7,066 bases of DNA from a virus (taxonomy: Duplodnaviria > Heunggongvirae > Uroviricota > Caudoviricetes): IMG/VR virus record IMGVR_UViG_2531839200_000011, positions 1-7,066 of that record, one strand, 5' to 3'. The notes below the pieces were generated by a model. The model worked only from the letters and a program-made list of their open reading frames with translations, did no database searches and was not told the DNA's origin. Shown here one piece after another: positions 6,665 to 7,066 of this stretch. Numbering within the stretch: the stretch's first letter is position 1; each line of letters starts with the position of its first letter. Both the position numbers and the translations under genes were made by a program.

Positions 6665-6692
6665 TAACCCGCTTCGGCGGGTTTTGTTTTTT
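6665..6692 (+). terminator. Rho-independent terminator of the hok transcript
   Basis: aacccgc-ttcg-gcgggtt hairpin followed by the T-run ttttgtttttt, about 70 nt after the hok stop. Confidence 0.8.
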
Positions 6693-6764
6693 CCTGGCAT
6701 TCTGGTTTACAATTCGCACGCCAGCCTGAACAACTGGCACCTGCTGCGCCAGCAGAGAAAACAG

Positions 6765-7043
6765 ATGGCGCACGATACCAAATTATACAATTCGGATAAC
6801 TCTGCCGCCCCTGCCAGCAGGCACGGACGGCGTTCTCACGCATTCAAATCTGACTGGTACCAGCACCACCCATGCACCGAAGAACAGGCCGAATGGCTCA
6901 TTCAGTGTTACCGCAGGCGCGGATACGAGGTTAAAAAAGCCCTCAGCCTCGACTACCGTCACTGGATAATCTCCGTCAGGCTCCCTTACTCCGAACGCCC
7001 ACCGCGTCCGTCCCGCACATTCCAGCAACGCATCTGGAGGTAA
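6765..7043 (+). CDS. Hypothetical small basic protein (92 aa)
   Basis: ATG at 6765 downstream of the hok terminator; the track start at 6684 is a TTG inside the terminator and is unlikely. Translation: MAHDTKLYNSDNSAAPASRHGRRSHAFKSDWYQHHPCTEEQAEWLIQCYRRRGYEVKK.... Its position downstream of hok is analogous to rem downstream of hokD in the K-12 Qin prophage, but I cannot verify sequence identity. Confidence 0.5.
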   Translation: MAHDTKLYNSDNSAAPASRHGRRSHAFKSDWYQHHPCTEEQAEWLIQCYRRRGYEVKKALSLDYRHWIISVRLPYSERPPRPSRTFQQRIWR

Positions 7044-7044
7044 C

Positions 7045-7066
7045 GTGCGGGTATTACTTCGACCTG
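7045..7066 (+). CDS. Possible 5' end of the next gene (GTG start), truncated by the window end
   Basis: GGAGG at 7036-7040 is followed 4 nt later by GTG at 7045 with an open frame to the window edge. Only 7 codons are visible. Confidence 0.2.

Overview
This window reads as the early-right (immunity-proximal to replication) segment of a lambdoid prophage from an E. coli-like enterobacterium, with one AT-rich cargo insertion. From left to right: (1) the end of an IS3-family insertion sequence (IS629/IS1203-like, identified from memory) whose terminus sits at about 264; (2) the C-terminal remnant of a Cro/YdaS-type HTH gene that the IS has cut; (3) a ydaT-like gene; (4) an unknown 169-aa gene; (5) a replication initiator with a DnaT-like C-terminus, carrying 11-bp tandem repeats, a GAACAG hexamer repeat and an A-tract that together look like an origin; (6) a close DnaC paralog; (7) two adjacent unknown genes sharing winged-helix-like modules; (8) a roughly 1.3-kb AT-rich island carrying one reverse-strand alpha/beta-hydrolase (esterase-family) gene; (9) a hok/sok-type type I toxin locus with terminator; (10) a small basic protein gene. 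The AT-rich esterase island and the paired winged-helix genes are the best candidates for something undescribed, but I cannot show a multi-gene system from sequence alone. All homology statements rest on reading the translations and on recalled family signatures, not on database searches.
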